A stretch of 60,066 nt of DNA from Actinomycetes bacterium (lineage in GTDB: Bacteria > Actinomycetota > Acidimicrobiia > IMCC26256 > PALSA-610): contig JANNHK010000232.1 of NCBI GenBank assembly GCA_031404355.1, positions 1 through 60,066 of the forward strand, read 5' to 3'. Each line of letters begins with the position of its first letter. Positions within the stretch are counted from its first letter, which is position 1. Made by a program: the position numbers and the translations under genes. The notes under the pieces were generated by a model, which saw nothing but the letters and a program-made list of their open reading frames with translations, was not told where the DNA came from and did no database searches. Below, one piece after another: positions 37,500-47,278 of the stretch.

Positions 37500-39040
37500 A
37501 CGACGCGATCCGCCGCGTCGGACTCGCGATGCTCGTGCTCTTCGTCGCGCTCGCGGGCCAGCTCACGTACCTCCAGGTCATCCGCGCCGACGACCTCGAA
37601 AGCGACCCCGATAACGTCCGTGTGTTCCTGAAGGACCTCAACCGCCCGCGCGGGTCGATCCTCTCGGCCGACGGCGCGGTGCTCGCCGAGTCGGTGCCGT
37701 CGCAGGACGACGGCGACGACCTCGACCTCCAACGCGTGTACCCGCCCGCGACCGCCGAGCTGTTCGCGCACATCGTCGGCTACCAGTCGGTGAACTTCGG
37801 CAACATCGGGGTCGAAGCCGAATACAATGGCGACCTCGTCGGGCGCCGCATCCCTACCGTCCCGAGCGACTTTGCCGACCTACTCGCGGGCGAGGACCTG
37901 CGCGGCAACGTCGTACTCACCGCGTCGCTTCCGGCCCAACAACTCGCGGCCGAACAACTCGGCGGCCGCAAGGGCTCGGTCGTCGTCCTCGACACGGCGA
38001 CCGGCGGCATCGTCGTCGCGTACTCGAACCCCACGTACGACCCGAACTTCTTGGCGTCGCACAACGTCGAACTCGCCAGTGCGTCGTTCCAGCTCATCAA
38101 CTCGAAGGCCGACGACGAGCGGGGCAAGGCCCGGGCGTGGCGCGAGATCTACGCGCCGGGCTCGACATTCAAGGTCGTCACAACCGGCATCGCGCTCGAC
38201 TCGGGCATCGTGACCCCCGAGCAGCCCGTGTACCCGAACATTTCGGAGCTCGAACTGCCACTGACCGACAACACGCTGGAGAACTTCGGCGGCGACGAAT
38301 GCGGCGGCAATCTGACCGAGTCGTTCCGGCGTTCGTGCAACACGACGTTCGGCCAGATCGGACTCGACCTCGGCGAGCGCCTCGCCGACGACCTCGCTCG
38401 CTACGGAATCTCGGAGCCCCCACTCACTGCCGACGGGCAGCTGAACTCGGGCGCGATCCAGAACGGCAACTGCGCGGTGAGGCCGCCACCGGCCGACGTG
38501 AACCCCGGCGTCTCGTGCAGCATCGGGCCGGCACCCGGTTCGTTCAAGGCCGACGCGCCGCTCTTCGCGCTGTCGGCAATCGGGCAGGGGCCGGTGGCGG
38601 TGACCCCGATCGAGATGGCGATGGTCGCGCAGGCGGTCGCGAACCGGGGCGAGATGATGGTGCCGCACACCCTCAGCCACGTCGAAACCGTCGACGGGCA
38701 ACTCGTCCCCGAGTCGCGCTACGACCCGAGCGTGTACCAGCAGTCCATGACTCCCGAAACTGCCGCGACGCTCACCCAACTGATGGTCAACGCCGTGAAC
38801 AACGGCACCGGCACGCGCGCGCAGATCCCCGGCATCCAAGTCGCGGGCAAGACGGGCACCGCGCAGGTCGAAGGCGACAGCGCGCACGCCTGGTTCATCG
38901 GCTTCGCCCCGGCCGAGGCGCCGCGCTACGCCATCGCGGTGCTCGTCGAAAACGGCGGCGACCTCGGCGACGAAGCAACCGGCGGTCGGGTCGCCGCGCC
39001 GATCGCGGGCGCCGTGCTCCAACGCTTGTTGCAGGGATGA
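37496..39040 (+). CDS. pbpA: Class B penicillin-binding protein PbpA
   Basis: STFK, SCN and KTGT motifs; GTGA overlap. Confidence 0.92.
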   Translation: MNDAIRRVGLAMLVLFVALAGQLTYLQVIRADDLESDPDNVRVFLKDLNRPRGSILSADGAVLAESVPSQDDGDDLDLQRVYPPATAELFAHIVGYQSVNFGNIGVEAEYNGDLVGRRIPTVPSDFADLLAGEDLRGNVVLTASLPAQQLAAEQLGGRKGSVVVLDTATGGIVVAYSNPTYDPNFLASHNVELASASFQLINSKADDERGKARAWREIYAPGSTFKVVTTGIALDSGIVTPEQPVYPNISELELPLTDNTLENFGGDECGGNLTESFRRSCNTTFGQIGLDLGERLADDLARYGISEPPLTADGQLNSGAIQNGNCAVRPPPADVNPGVSCSIGPAPGSFKADAPLFALSAIGQGPVAVTPIEMAMVAQAVANRGEMMVPHTLSHVETVDGQLVPESRYDPSVYQQSMTPETAATLTQLMVNAVNNGTGTRAQIPGIQVAGKTGTAQVEGDSAHAWFIGFAPAEAPRYAIAVLVENGGDLGDEATGGRVAAPIAGAVLQRLLQG

Positions 39041-39120
39041 CAGGTAACGCGATGCACCCCTCCGAAGGTCGTAGGCCCAGCCCCGCCATCCCGGCGGACG
39101 GCAGATAGGGTTATCGCGCC

Positions 39121-41034
39121 ATGTCCCTCGTCGGCCGAGTGTTCACGAATCGCTACGACATCGAGCGCGAAATCGCGCAGGGCGGCATGGCCGAGGTGTA
39201 CCTCGCGCGTGACCGCCTACTCGACCGACCGGTGGCACTGAAGGCGCTCTTCCCCGAGTACGCGCGGGAGCCGTCGTTCGTCGAACGCTTCCGCCGCGAG
39301 GCCCAGGCCGCCGCCAACCTGAACCACCCCAACATCGTTTCCATCTACGACTGGGGCCAGGAATCGGGCACGTACTTCATCGTGATGGAGCACGTCGAGG
39401 GGCGATCGTTGCGCGACCTCATCCGCAGCGAAGGTCCACTCGAAGCGGCGCAGGCATCGGAGATCACGGCCGAGATCGCGGGCGCGCTCGCGTTCGCGCA
39501 CCGGTCCGGTGTCGTGCACCGCGACGTCAAGCCCGGAAACGTCCTCCTAACCCGCTCCGGCACCGTCAAAGTCGCCGATTTCGGAATCGCGCGTGCGGGA
39601 ACGAGCGAAGGCCTCACCCAGACGGGCTCCGTCATGGGCACGGCCACGTACTTCTCGCCGGAGCAGGCGCAGGGTCTCCCCGTCGACGGGCGCAGCGACG
39701 TGTACTCGCTCGGCGTCGTCCTGTACGAGATGGTCACCGGCGTCGTGCCGTTCACAGGCGACTCGCCGGTTGCCGTCGCGTACAAACACGTGCGCGAAGC
39801 ACCGGTGCCGCCGAGCCGTCGCAGCCCGGAGGTTCCCGAGGACCTCGAGCGCATCATCCTCACCGCGATGGCGAAAGAACCCGACCATCGCTACCAGACG
39901 GCCGACGACATGCGCGCCGACCTCCTTCGGTTCCGCCGGGGCCGTCCGCTCGCGGCCGCCCCCGTCACCGCGCTCGTCGCCGAGGTCCCCACCGCGGCCG
40001 CCGCCGCGTACGCGGCCAACGCAACCATGCAACAGCCGCGCGTTCCCGGATCCCCCGGCGGGCCGCCCGGGCCCGCGCCGCGCGGCGGGGCAGGGCGCAA
40101 CCGGGCGCTCGCCACCGCGCTCACGCTGCTCGTGCTCGTGTTGATCGTGGCGTTGATATACGCGTTCAGCAATTTCGCCGGCGATACCGACCCCCAACTC
40201 GTGCTCGTGCCCGACGTCACCACAACGAATGTCGACGCGGCGCGTGCGGCCCTCGAGTCCGAGGGTTTCGAAGTCGACGTCAAGAACGTCCCGAACCCCG
40301 ATGTCGAGCTGGGCATCGTCTTCGACCAGGACCCGAAGGGCGGGGGACAGGCCGAAGAAGACTCGACGGTAACGATCAGCGTCAGCGAGGGCGCGGGCGA
40401 CGTCGAGGTTCCCGACGTCGAAGGCGAGTCGCGCACCGACGCCGCGCAGATGCTGCTCGACGCCGGGTTCGAGATCGAACTCGTCGGCGAGCAGAGCGAG
40501 GACGTCGACCTCGATTTCGTCATTCGCACCGACCCCGACGGCGGCGACACAGCGCGCGCGGGATCCACTGTGCAGCTCATCGTCTCGCAGGGTCCGCCGC
40601 CCATCCCGGTGCCTGACGTCACGAACGAACTCGCCGAGGACGCATCGCGCATCCTCCAGGACGCGGGCTTCACCGTCGCGATCGAAGAGGCGTCGGACGA
40701 CGAGATCGAGGCGGGCCGGGTGATCGGTACCGACCCACCCTCAGGTGATCCACTGACGCCGGGCCTCAAGGTCACCATCACCGTGTCGCTCGGGACCGAC
40801 AAGGTCGCGATTCCGGCGCTGATCGGCGCGACCGAGACCGAAGCACGCACCGAGCTCGAAGCGCTCGGGCTGACGGTGCGCCGGGTCGAACAACTGTCTA
40901 CTGCCGGCAACGACGGCATCGTGCTCGGTGTCGACCCGCCCCAGAACACCCTGGTCGACCCGGGTTCCATTGTGGTGCTCACGGTCGGCGTCACGTCCAC
41001 ACCGGCCACCACCACGACTACGCCGACGCCCTAG
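39121..41034 (+). CDS. pknB: Ser/Thr kinase PknB with PASTA repeats
   Basis: HRDVKPGN, DFGIA, SPEQ, TM helix, four PASTA-like repeats. Confidence 0.95.
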   Translation: MSLVGRVFTNRYDIEREIAQGGMAEVYLARDRLLDRPVALKALFPEYAREPSFVERFRREAQAAANLNHPNIVSIYDWGQESGTYFIVMEHVEGRSLRDLIRSEGPLEAAQASEITAEIAGALAFAHRSGVVHRDVKPGNVLLTRSGTVKVADFGIARAGTSEGLTQTGSVMGTATYFSPEQAQGLPVDGRSDVYSLGVVLYEMVTGVVPFTGDSPVAVAYKHVREAPVPPSRRSPEVPEDLERIILTAMAKEPDHRYQTADDMRADLLRFRRGRPLAAAPVTALVAEVPTAAAAAYAANATMQQPRVPGSPGGPPGPAPRGGAGRNRALATALTLLVLVLIVALIYAFSNFAGDTDPQLVLVPDVTTTNVDAARAALESEGFEVDVKNVPNPDVELGIVFDQDPKGGGQAEEDSTVTISVSEGAGDVEVPDVEGESRTDAAQMLLDAGFEIELVGEQSEDVDLDFVIRTDPDGGDTARAGSTVQLIVSQGPPPIPVPDVTNELAEDASRILQDAGFTVAIEEASDDEIEAGRVIGTDPPSGDPLTPGLKVTITVSLGTDKVAIPALIGATETEARTELEALGLTVRRVEQLSTAGNDGIVLGVDPPQNTLVDPGSIVVLTVGVTSTPATTTTTPTP

Positions 41035-41048
41035 CAGGCGCACACGAC

Positions 41049-41861
41049 ATGGGTTTGCTGTCGCGCTGGTACGCGCGGAACGCGCGAGACGACCTGCCCT
41101 GGCGCGCGACGCGCGACCGGTGGGCGGTGCTCGTGTCGGAGGTGATGTTGCAGCAGACGCAGGTTGCACGCGTCGTTGACGCGTGGCCTGCGTTCATGAC
41201 TGCGTTCCCCACACCTGCACGGGCTGCCGCGGCCGGGCCCGCGGCGCTGATCACCGCGTGGGACCGCCTCGGATACCCGCGCCGGGCGCTCCGGCTGTGG
41301 GAGGCCGCCGACTCCATCGCCCGCGAGGGTTGGCCCACGGATATGACCCTGCTCCCCGGCGTCGGCCGCTACACCGCGGCCGCGATCGCCGCGCAGGTCG
41401 ACGACGCCGACGAGATCGGCATCGAGGTGAACATCCGACGAGTGTGCGAACGCACCGCGGGCCGGCGCCTGACCGACCCCGCGGCGGTTGCGCATGCGCG
41501 CGCGCTGGCGGGACGGCTCCGCGGACGCGACCGCCTACTCGCGCTGATGGATCTCGGCGCAACGGTGTGCACCGCGCGCGCGCCACAGTGCGAGGGGTGC
41601 CCCGTGTCATCGGTGTGCGCGACCCGCGGAGTGCTCCCCGACGAGACCCGTCACCGCCAGGCACCGTTCGCAGGTTCGTTCCGCCAACGTCGCGGTGTCG
41701 TGATGGCCCGGTTGCGCACCGGACCCGCGCCCGCCGCCGAACTCGACGCGGACGCGCTGGCTTCACTCGTGCGCGACGGCCTGGCCGAGGTCAGTCGCGG
41801 GCGGGCGCGACTGCCGCTCGCGCGAGAAAGTTCGCCAGGAGGTCGTGGCCCGAACCGGTGA
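41049..41861 (+). CDS. mutY: A/G-specific adenine glycosylase (short MutY)
   Basis: LPWR, SEVMLQQT, LGYPRRA, LPGVGRYTA, C-x6-C-x2-C-x5-C. Confidence 0.85.
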   Translation: MGLLSRWYARNARDDLPWRATRDRWAVLVSEVMLQQTQVARVVDAWPAFMTAFPTPARAAAAGPAALITAWDRLGYPRRALRLWEAADSIAREGWPTDMTLLPGVGRYTAAAIAAQVDDADEIGIEVNIRRVCERTAGRRLTDPAAVAHARALAGRLRGRDRLLALMDLGATVCTARAPQCEGCPVSSVCATRGVLPDETRHRQAPFAGSFRQRRGVVMARLRTGPAPAAELDADALASLVRDGLAEVSRGRARLPLARESSPGGRGPNR

Positions 41862-42390
41862 GGATCGATTCGGGATGGAACTGCACGCCCTCGATCGGGA
41901 ACTCCCGGTGGCGCAGGCCCATCACGAGCCCGTCCTCGGACTCGGCCGTGATCTCGAGCACGTCGGGCACAGAGTCGCGCTCCACGACAAGCGAGTGGTA
42001 TCGGGTCGCGGTGATCGGGTTCGGCAGCCCCTCGAACACGCCGACGCCGGTGTGGCGGATCTCCGACGTCTTGCCGTGCATCACGTGCGGCGCACGCGAC
42101 ACGCGCCCGCCGTACAGCTCGCCGATGCACTGGTTTCCGAGACACACCCCGAACACGGGCGTACCCCGCTCGCCGAAGTGCCGGATCGCGTCGTTCGACA
42201 GCCCCGCGTCGGAGGGCCGGCCCGGCCCGGGCGAGATCAGCACCGCGGCGGGCGCGAGGGCGTCCATCTCGGCCAGGGTGACCGCGTCGTGGCGGTGCAC
42301 GACCGGATCGGCGCCCAGCTCCGCGAGGTATTTCACGAGGTTGTAGACGAACGAGTCGTAGTTGTCGACGACGAGCACCCGAGGACCCAC
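41791..42390 (-). CDS. trpG: Anthranilate/aminodeoxychorismate synthase component II
   Basis: DNYDSF, SPGPG, GVCLG, RYHSL, QFHPES. Confidence 0.92.
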   Translation of the reverse strand: MGPRVLVVDNYDSFVYNLVKYLAELGADPVVHRHDAVTLAEMDALAPAAVLISPGPGRPSDAGLSNDAIRHFGERGTPVFGVCLGNQCIGELYGGRVSRAPHVMHGKTSEIRHTGVGVFEGLPNPITATRYHSLVVERDSVPDVLEITAESEDGLVMGLRHREFPIEGVQFHPESILTGSGHDLLANFLARAAVAPARD

Positions 42391-42427
42391 GCCCACCAGG
42401 GTAGGCGCAGCACTATCCTCTCCCCCC

Positions 42428-42658
42428 GTGCCGCAATCGAAGAGCAAGCGCTCGCGCTACACGCCGCCGCCGCCCAAGAAGGCGCCGCCCAGCCCCATGT
42501 GGGTTCCGGTGCTGATGGCCACGATGCTGCTCGCGGGGCTGGTGATCCTGATCACCAACTATCTCGAGTTGCTGCCCGGCGAGACCCCGACCCGGTACAC
42601 GCTGCTGGGCCTCTCCCTCATCACCGGTGGCTTCTTCGTCGCCACCACGTATCGCTGA
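42428..42658 (+). CDS. crgA: Cell division protein CrgA
   Basis: MPQSKSKR...SPMW...NY, two TM helices; synteny with trpG/pknB. Confidence 0.8.
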   Translation: MPQSKSKRSRYTPPPPKKAPPSPMWVPVLMATMLLAGLVILITNYLELLPGETPTRYTLLGLSLITGGFFVATTYR

Positions 42659-42724
42659 GTTCGGCCGCTGACCAGGCCGATTGCGATTGCCTGAACGGTC
42701 GGTGTCCGAATAGCAAACGTGTAA

Positions 42725-42757
42725 CTACCCACAGACTTATCCACAGTCTGTGGACAA
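42725..42757. promoter_or_regulatory. DnaA-box cluster
   Basis: CTACCCACA (42725, degenerate), TTATCCACA (42737, perfect) and inverted TGTGGACAA (42749), at 12-bp intervals. Confidence 0.8.
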
Positions 42758-42769
42758 CGGGATGCGCTG

Positions 42770-43036
42770 CTACTCGCCGATGGGGACGTCCAGGACCATT
42801 TGCTCCCGGCAGTGGCGGGGGGCGTCGGGGACTTCGCCCTCGGGGGCCGAGTACAGCACCGCCTGGGCGCCACACACGATGCACTTGAACCGGTAGTCGA
42901 CGTCTTCGAGCGGCACTTCGCCCGGCTCGGGCGGCGGTTCGCCCTGGGCGAAGCTGCGCACGAAGAACGCGCCGATCAAATAGATCACGACCGCGAAGAA
43001 CAGGGCCCCCGCGACGCGCAGGATGTCCCAGATCAT
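42770..43036 (-). CDS. Small membrane protein with a CxxC...HC putative metal ribbon
   Basis: N-terminal TM helix; FKCIVCG...PRHCREQM; start ATG 43036. Confidence 0.65.
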   Translation of the reverse strand: MIWDILRVAGALFFAVVIYLIGAFFVRSFAQGEPPPEPGEVPLEDVDYRFKCIVCGAQAVLYSAPEGEVPDAPRHCREQMVLDVPIGE

Positions 43037-43067
43037 CGTGTCCCCAAGTTGTCGGGCGTTGGGTCGT

Positions 43068-44231
43068 CTAGCCGAGGCGCTCGATGATCGTGGCGTTGGC
43101 CATTCCGCCGCCTTCGCACATCGTCTGGAGGCCGTAGCGGCCACCGGTGCGTTCGAGTTCGTTCAGCAGGGTGGACATGAGGCGCGCGCCCGACGCGCCG
43201 AGCGGGTGGCCGAGCGCGATCGCGCCGCCGTTCACGTTCACCTTCGCCATGTCGGGGTGGTGTTCCTTTTCCCACGACAGCACGACGGGTGCGAACGCCT
43301 CGTTGATCTCGACGAGGTCGATCTGGTCGAGCGTCATCTTGGCCCGCTCGAGCACCTTGGTCGTCGACGGGATCGGGCCCGTCAGCATCATCACCGGGTC
43401 GACGCCGGCGAGTGCGAACGTGTGGAAGCGGGCGCGCGGCGTGAGGCCGAGGGCGTTGGCCTTCTCCTCGGTCATGATCAGGATCGCGGCCGCCCCGTCG
43501 GTGATCTGCGACGAGTTCGCGGCCGTGACGACACCATCGGGCTTGAACGCGGGCTTCAGCGTGGCGAGTTTTTCGATGTTGCTGTCGGGGCGGATGCCCT
43601 CGTCGCGCGCCACGACTTCTTCGCCGTTCTCGCCGTTCACCGTGATGGGCACGATTTCGCGGTCGAAGCGGCCTTCTTCGGTGGCGCGGGCGGCCCGCAG
43701 GTGCGACTCGACCGAGAACTTGTCGTTCTCTTCGCGGGTGATGCCCCACTTCTCGGCGATGAGTTCGGCCGAGATGCCCTGCGGCACGAGGTTCGGGTAG
43801 CGCTGCGTCATCTGCGGCCCGAACGGGTAGCCGTACTTGCCGTCGGCGATCGACGCGCCCATGGGCACGCGGGTCATGTTCTCGATGCCCGCGGCGATGA
43901 CGACGTCGTAGGCGCCGGCGATGACGCCCTGCGCCGCGAAGTGCGCGGCCTGCTGCGACGAACCGCACTGGCGGTCGACGGTGGTGCCGACCACCGACTC
44001 GGGGAAGCCGGCGGCAAGTGCCGCGCTGCGGGCGATGTTGATGCCCTGTTCGCCGACCTGCATGACACAGCCCATGATCACGTCTTCGACGAGGGCAGGG
44101 TCGACGTTGTTGCGCTCGACGAGCGCGCGCAGCACGTGCGCGGCCATGTCGACCGGGTGAACGTCCTTGAGCTTGCCGTTACGGCGCCCGAGCGGGGTGC
44201 GGACTGCGTCGACGATGACGGCGGTCGCCAT
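43068..44231 (-). CDS. Acetyl-CoA C-acyltransferase (thiolase)
   Basis: RQCGSS, NEAFA, GHPLGASG, MCEGGG; start ATG 44231. Confidence 0.95.
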   Translation of the reverse strand: MATAVIVDAVRTPLGRRNGKLKDVHPVDMAAHVLRALVERNNVDPALVEDVIMGCVMQVGEQGINIARSAALAAGFPESVVGTTVDRQCGSSQQAAHFAAQGVIAGAYDVVIAAGIENMTRVPMGASIADGKYGYPFGPQMTQRYPNLVPQGISAELIAEKWGITREENDKFSVESHLRAARATEEGRFDREIVPITVNGENGEEVVARDEGIRPDSNIEKLATLKPAFKPDGVVTAANSSQITDGAAAILIMTEEKANALGLTPRARFHTFALAGVDPVMMLTGPIPSTTKVLERAKMTLDQIDLVEINEAFAPVVLSWEKEHHPDMAKVNVNGGAIALGHPLGASGARLMSTLLNELERTGGRYGLQTMCEGGGMANATIIERLG

Positions 44232-44271
44232 GGGAGGCCTCCTGAGACCGGAAGAATGTGTACCGGGACGA

Positions 44272-44295
44272 AAACTAGACCGGCTGGTCAAGTTT
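44272..44295. promoter_or_regulatory. Palindromic operator upstream of the thiolase gene
   Basis: AAACTAGACC-GGCT-GGTCAAGTTT (one mismatch). Confidence 0.5.
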
Positions 44296-46104
44296 CGCCG
44301 TATGGGTTCCCGGGGTCAAACCGTCAGGGGTCCCACGATGTTCCGGAAGCGCAAGTACGAACGTTGCACCCGCTCCGGGCTCGCTCTCGACCCAGATGCG
44401 TCCGCCCAGCGCGTCGACATACCGTTGGGCGATCGCGAGCCCGAGGCCCGTTCCGCCGCTGGAATCGCGTGAAGGTGACGCCCGGTAGAACCGCTCGAAG
44501 ATCCGCTCCTGTTCTTCGAGCGCGATACCCGGACCCTGGTCGACGACTTCGACGAGCACTTCGCCGTGCTCGCGCGAACCACATACCGAGATCCGTGTTC
44601 CCGGCGGCGAAAACTTGATGGCGTTGGCGAGCAGGTTGTCGACCACGTGCCGGAACGCGTCGCGGTCGGCAAGGGCAACGATGTCGGCGGCCACGTCGAC
44701 GACGATCTCGTGGCGCAACAGCGGCGTCAACGACGCCACGATTTCGTCTACCGCGTCGACGACGACCAGCGGATGGATGTCGAGGTGCATGTCGTCGCTC
44801 TCGATGCGCGAGAGGTCGAGCAACTGGGTGAGGAGGCGGCCGAGTTCGTCGGCGCTCACCGCGGCGCGCTGCAGCATGCTCCGGCGGGTTCCGTCGTCGA
44901 GTCGGTCCCATTGGAACAGCACCGTGTCGATGAAGCCTTTCGTCGCGGTGAGCGGAGTGCGGAGTTGATGCGACGCGAGCGCCACGAACTCAGTCTTCAA
45001 CCGGTCGGCTTCGCGGAGCCGCTCAGTCAGTTGGCGTTCGCGGTCGTACGCCTGGGTGCGGACGATGAGCAGCGTGACGTGCTCGGCGTAGGTCTGGAGC
45101 AGGCGGACGGTTTCGGCATCTGCCAGCTCCGGGTCTCGGAAGAACGCGACCATCGCACCGATGATCTCGTCGTCGGCGCCGAGTGGGACGGTGACCGATG
45201 CCCGCGCCGTATCGAGGGTCCCGCGATTGCGGAAGCCCTCGACCCACTCGGGAAAGCGGGGGTCGTCCAAGAGGTTCGGCACGACGACCGTCTCACCGAG
45301 GTTCACGGCGCGCGCGAGCGGGGTCTTGTCGACCGACGCCAGCTCCCAGCGCGTGTGCCGCTCGATACGTTTCGCCGTCCAGTCGTCGGTAGCGAGTCCG
45401 CCCGCCGCCAGGACGAGGTGGTCGCCCTCACGCAACTGGATGATCACCATTTCGCCCCTGATCGCACTGCGGGCCGCGGCCATGATCGAATCGAGCGTCG
45501 GCTTCAGTTCCGGTTGCGAAGTCACAGTCCGCAAGGCCTCGTGCAGCCGTTCGAGACTCGCCGTGGTGCGCGCCTGGACGAACGAACTCGCGTTCGCGTA
45601 CGCGACGAGTACGAACGCCGCGAACGCGAACATCGTGATGGGAACCCAGCCGAGCTTGTCGTCCTGCGGGAGTGTGCCTTCGCGCAGGAGTGCGAGCACG
45701 ATCACCAACACGCCACCGGCGAACGCCCACACCCGACCGCTGAGTGCCCCCAGATACGCAACCGACGTGAAGTAGGCGAACAACGCTACGACCGACCATG
45801 CGGGCTCGACATACGCGATCGCGGTCGCGATCGCGATGCCCTCCGCAGCCGAGAACCGGACGATAGGGAACCGCGGGTTGCGGGCCCACAGGTGCCGCCA
45901 CACCAGCGCGGCGACGAGATCCAGGAGACACAGCACCACGATGGCGGCGCGCGTCCTCGTCGGAATCTCGGCGAACATCGCGCCGACGACAATCACGGTG
46001 ATACCGATGATGCGGATGTAGATGCTTTCGACGATGCTCGTCCGCGGCAGCGGGGTGGGCCGGAGCGGCGGCCCGCTGGAATCCGGGCGGTTGTCGTCGA
46101 GCAC
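44275..46104 (-). CDS. Membrane GAF-domain sensor histidine kinase
   Basis: SHQLRTPLT, NAIKF, DQGPG, IFERF, GTGLGL. Start uncertain. Confidence 0.88.
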   Translation of the reverse strand: MLDDNRPDSSGPPLRPTPLPRTSIVESIYIRIIGITVIVVGAMFAEIPTRTRAAIVVLCLLDLVAALVWRHLWARNPRFPIVRFSAAEGIAIATAIAYVEPAWSVVALFAYFTSVAYLGALSGRVWAFAGGVLVIVLALLREGTLPQDDKLGWVPITMFAFAAFVLVAYANASSFVQARTTASLERLHEALRTVTSQPELKPTLDSIMAAARSAIRGEMVIIQLREGDHLVLAAGGLATDDWTAKRIERHTRWELASVDKTPLARAVNLGETVVVPNLLDDPRFPEWVEGFRNRGTLDTARASVTVPLGADDEIIGAMVAFFRDPELADAETVRLLQTYAEHVTLLIVRTQAYDRERQLTERLREADRLKTEFVALASHQLRTPLTATKGFIDTVLFQWDRLDDGTRRSMLQRAAVSADELGRLLTQLLDLSRIESDDMHLDIHPLVVVDAVDEIVASLTPLLRHEIVVDVAADIVALADRDAFRHVVDNLLANAIKFSPPGTRISVCGSREHGEVLVEVVDQGPGIALEEQERIFERFYRASPSRDSSGGTGLGLAIAQRYVDALGGRIWVESEPGAGATFVLALPEHRGTPDGLTPGTHTAKLDQPV

Positions 46105-46138
46105 GGCCTCAAGTCTCGCGCGTGATTCACTACCCCCC

Positions 46139-46753
46139 GTGCGCCGCGTCCTCGTCATCCGCCACGGAGAGTCAACATGGAACGTGGAACGCCGCTGGCA
46201 GGGCTGGCTCGACGCGCCACTGACACCGACCGGCGTCGAGCAGGCCGTGACCCGAGCCCGCCAACTCTCACGCGCCGGCGTGATACCGCGGGTGGTCTAC
46301 ACGTCCGATCTGGAGCGGGCGCGCCGAACCGCAGAAATCATCGCGAACCGGCTCGACGCACCGCTGATTCCGGACCTTGGCTTTCGCGAACGCAACGGGG
46401 GCGAGTGGCAGGGCCGGACCGTCAACGAGATCGAAGCGGGGTGGCCGGGCATGCGCGACGCATGGCGGCGCGGCGAACTCGACGCACCGCCCGGCGGCGA
46501 GACCGACTCGCAGGCACTCACCCGGTTCGATGCCGCGCTGCACCGCGCGCTCGCGCATGTCGGCGACGGCATGCTGCTCATCGTTACGCATCACGGTGTC
46601 CTACGCGTCGTTGCCAACCGCGCGGGCGCCGCGGTCGAGGCGACCATTCCCAACCTCGGTGGCTTCTGGTTCGAAGTCGAAGCCGGAATGCTCGTCGACG
46701 CCGAGCCGGTCGGAGAACTCGAGCCCGACGGCGAACGCCCCGCCGTCGAGTAG
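46139..46753 (+). CDS. Histidine phosphatase (PGM family)
   Basis: RHGESTWN, SDLERA, THHG; start GTG 46139. Confidence 0.88.
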   Translation: MRRVLVIRHGESTWNVERRWQGWLDAPLTPTGVEQAVTRARQLSRAGVIPRVVYTSDLERARRTAEIIANRLDAPLIPDLGFRERNGGEWQGRTVNEIEAGWPGMRDAWRRGELDAPPGGETDSQALTRFDAALHRALAHVGDGMLLIVTHHGVLRVVANRAGAAVEATIPNLGGFWFEVEAGMLVDAEPVGELEPDGERPAVE

Positions 46754-46763
46754 CGCGAGCCGA

Positions 46764-47237
46764 TCAGAGCTCGGGGCGCAGCGCGAGGAGTTGTCCGAGA
46801 ATGGCGGCGAACTCTTCGGGCTTGTCCAACTTGATCGCTTCGAACCCGACTTCCGCTCCGCTCGTCAGCACGAGGTGCAACTTCGGGACGAGCTTTGCCG
46901 GTTCGAAGTGCGAGCTCGCGATCTCGGCCAGCGCGACGCTCGCAAGAAGGTCCTTCGGCTTGCCGCTCATGACGCTGCGGTTGAACACGAGCAAGCGCCG
47001 GTCGGTGAGTCCGAACGCGAGTTGCGGTGTCGTGGGGAATCCCGCGTCGGTCTGCGCGGCGCGGTTCTTCGACGTCGCTGCCGCGGCGATCCCGCCCCCG
47101 ATCGCGCCACCGATACCGAAGCCCGCCGCGGCCTTGGCCATCCCCTTCTGGTTGACGCGGGTACCGCCGAGGAACTCCTCGCCGGGTTCCAAGTGCGGCT
47201 CGCACAACGACTTCAGGACGTCCACGGTTTTCGCCAT
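46764..47237 (-). CDS. Hypothetical protein (Gly-rich segment plus possible PH-like domain)
   Basis: Start ATG 47237; LTDRRLLVF; typical codon bias. Confidence 0.6.
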   Translation of the reverse strand: MAKTVDVLKSLCEPHLEPGEEFLGGTRVNQKGMAKAAAGFGIGGAIGGGIAAAATSKNRAAQTDAGFPTTPQLAFGLTDRRLLVFNRSVMSGKPKDLLASVALAEIASSHFEPAKLVPKLHLVLTSGAEVGFEAIKLDKPEEFAAILGQLLALRPEL

Positions 47238-47278
47238 GCCGCAGGATGTCGGCAGGTACGGGCCGGCGATTGAGACCG

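Noticed and set aside
41791-41861. Convergent overlap mutY/trpG (and Uma2/RraA at 15309-15356)
   Set aside because: Short 3' overlaps are common in high-GC genomes where stop codons are rare.
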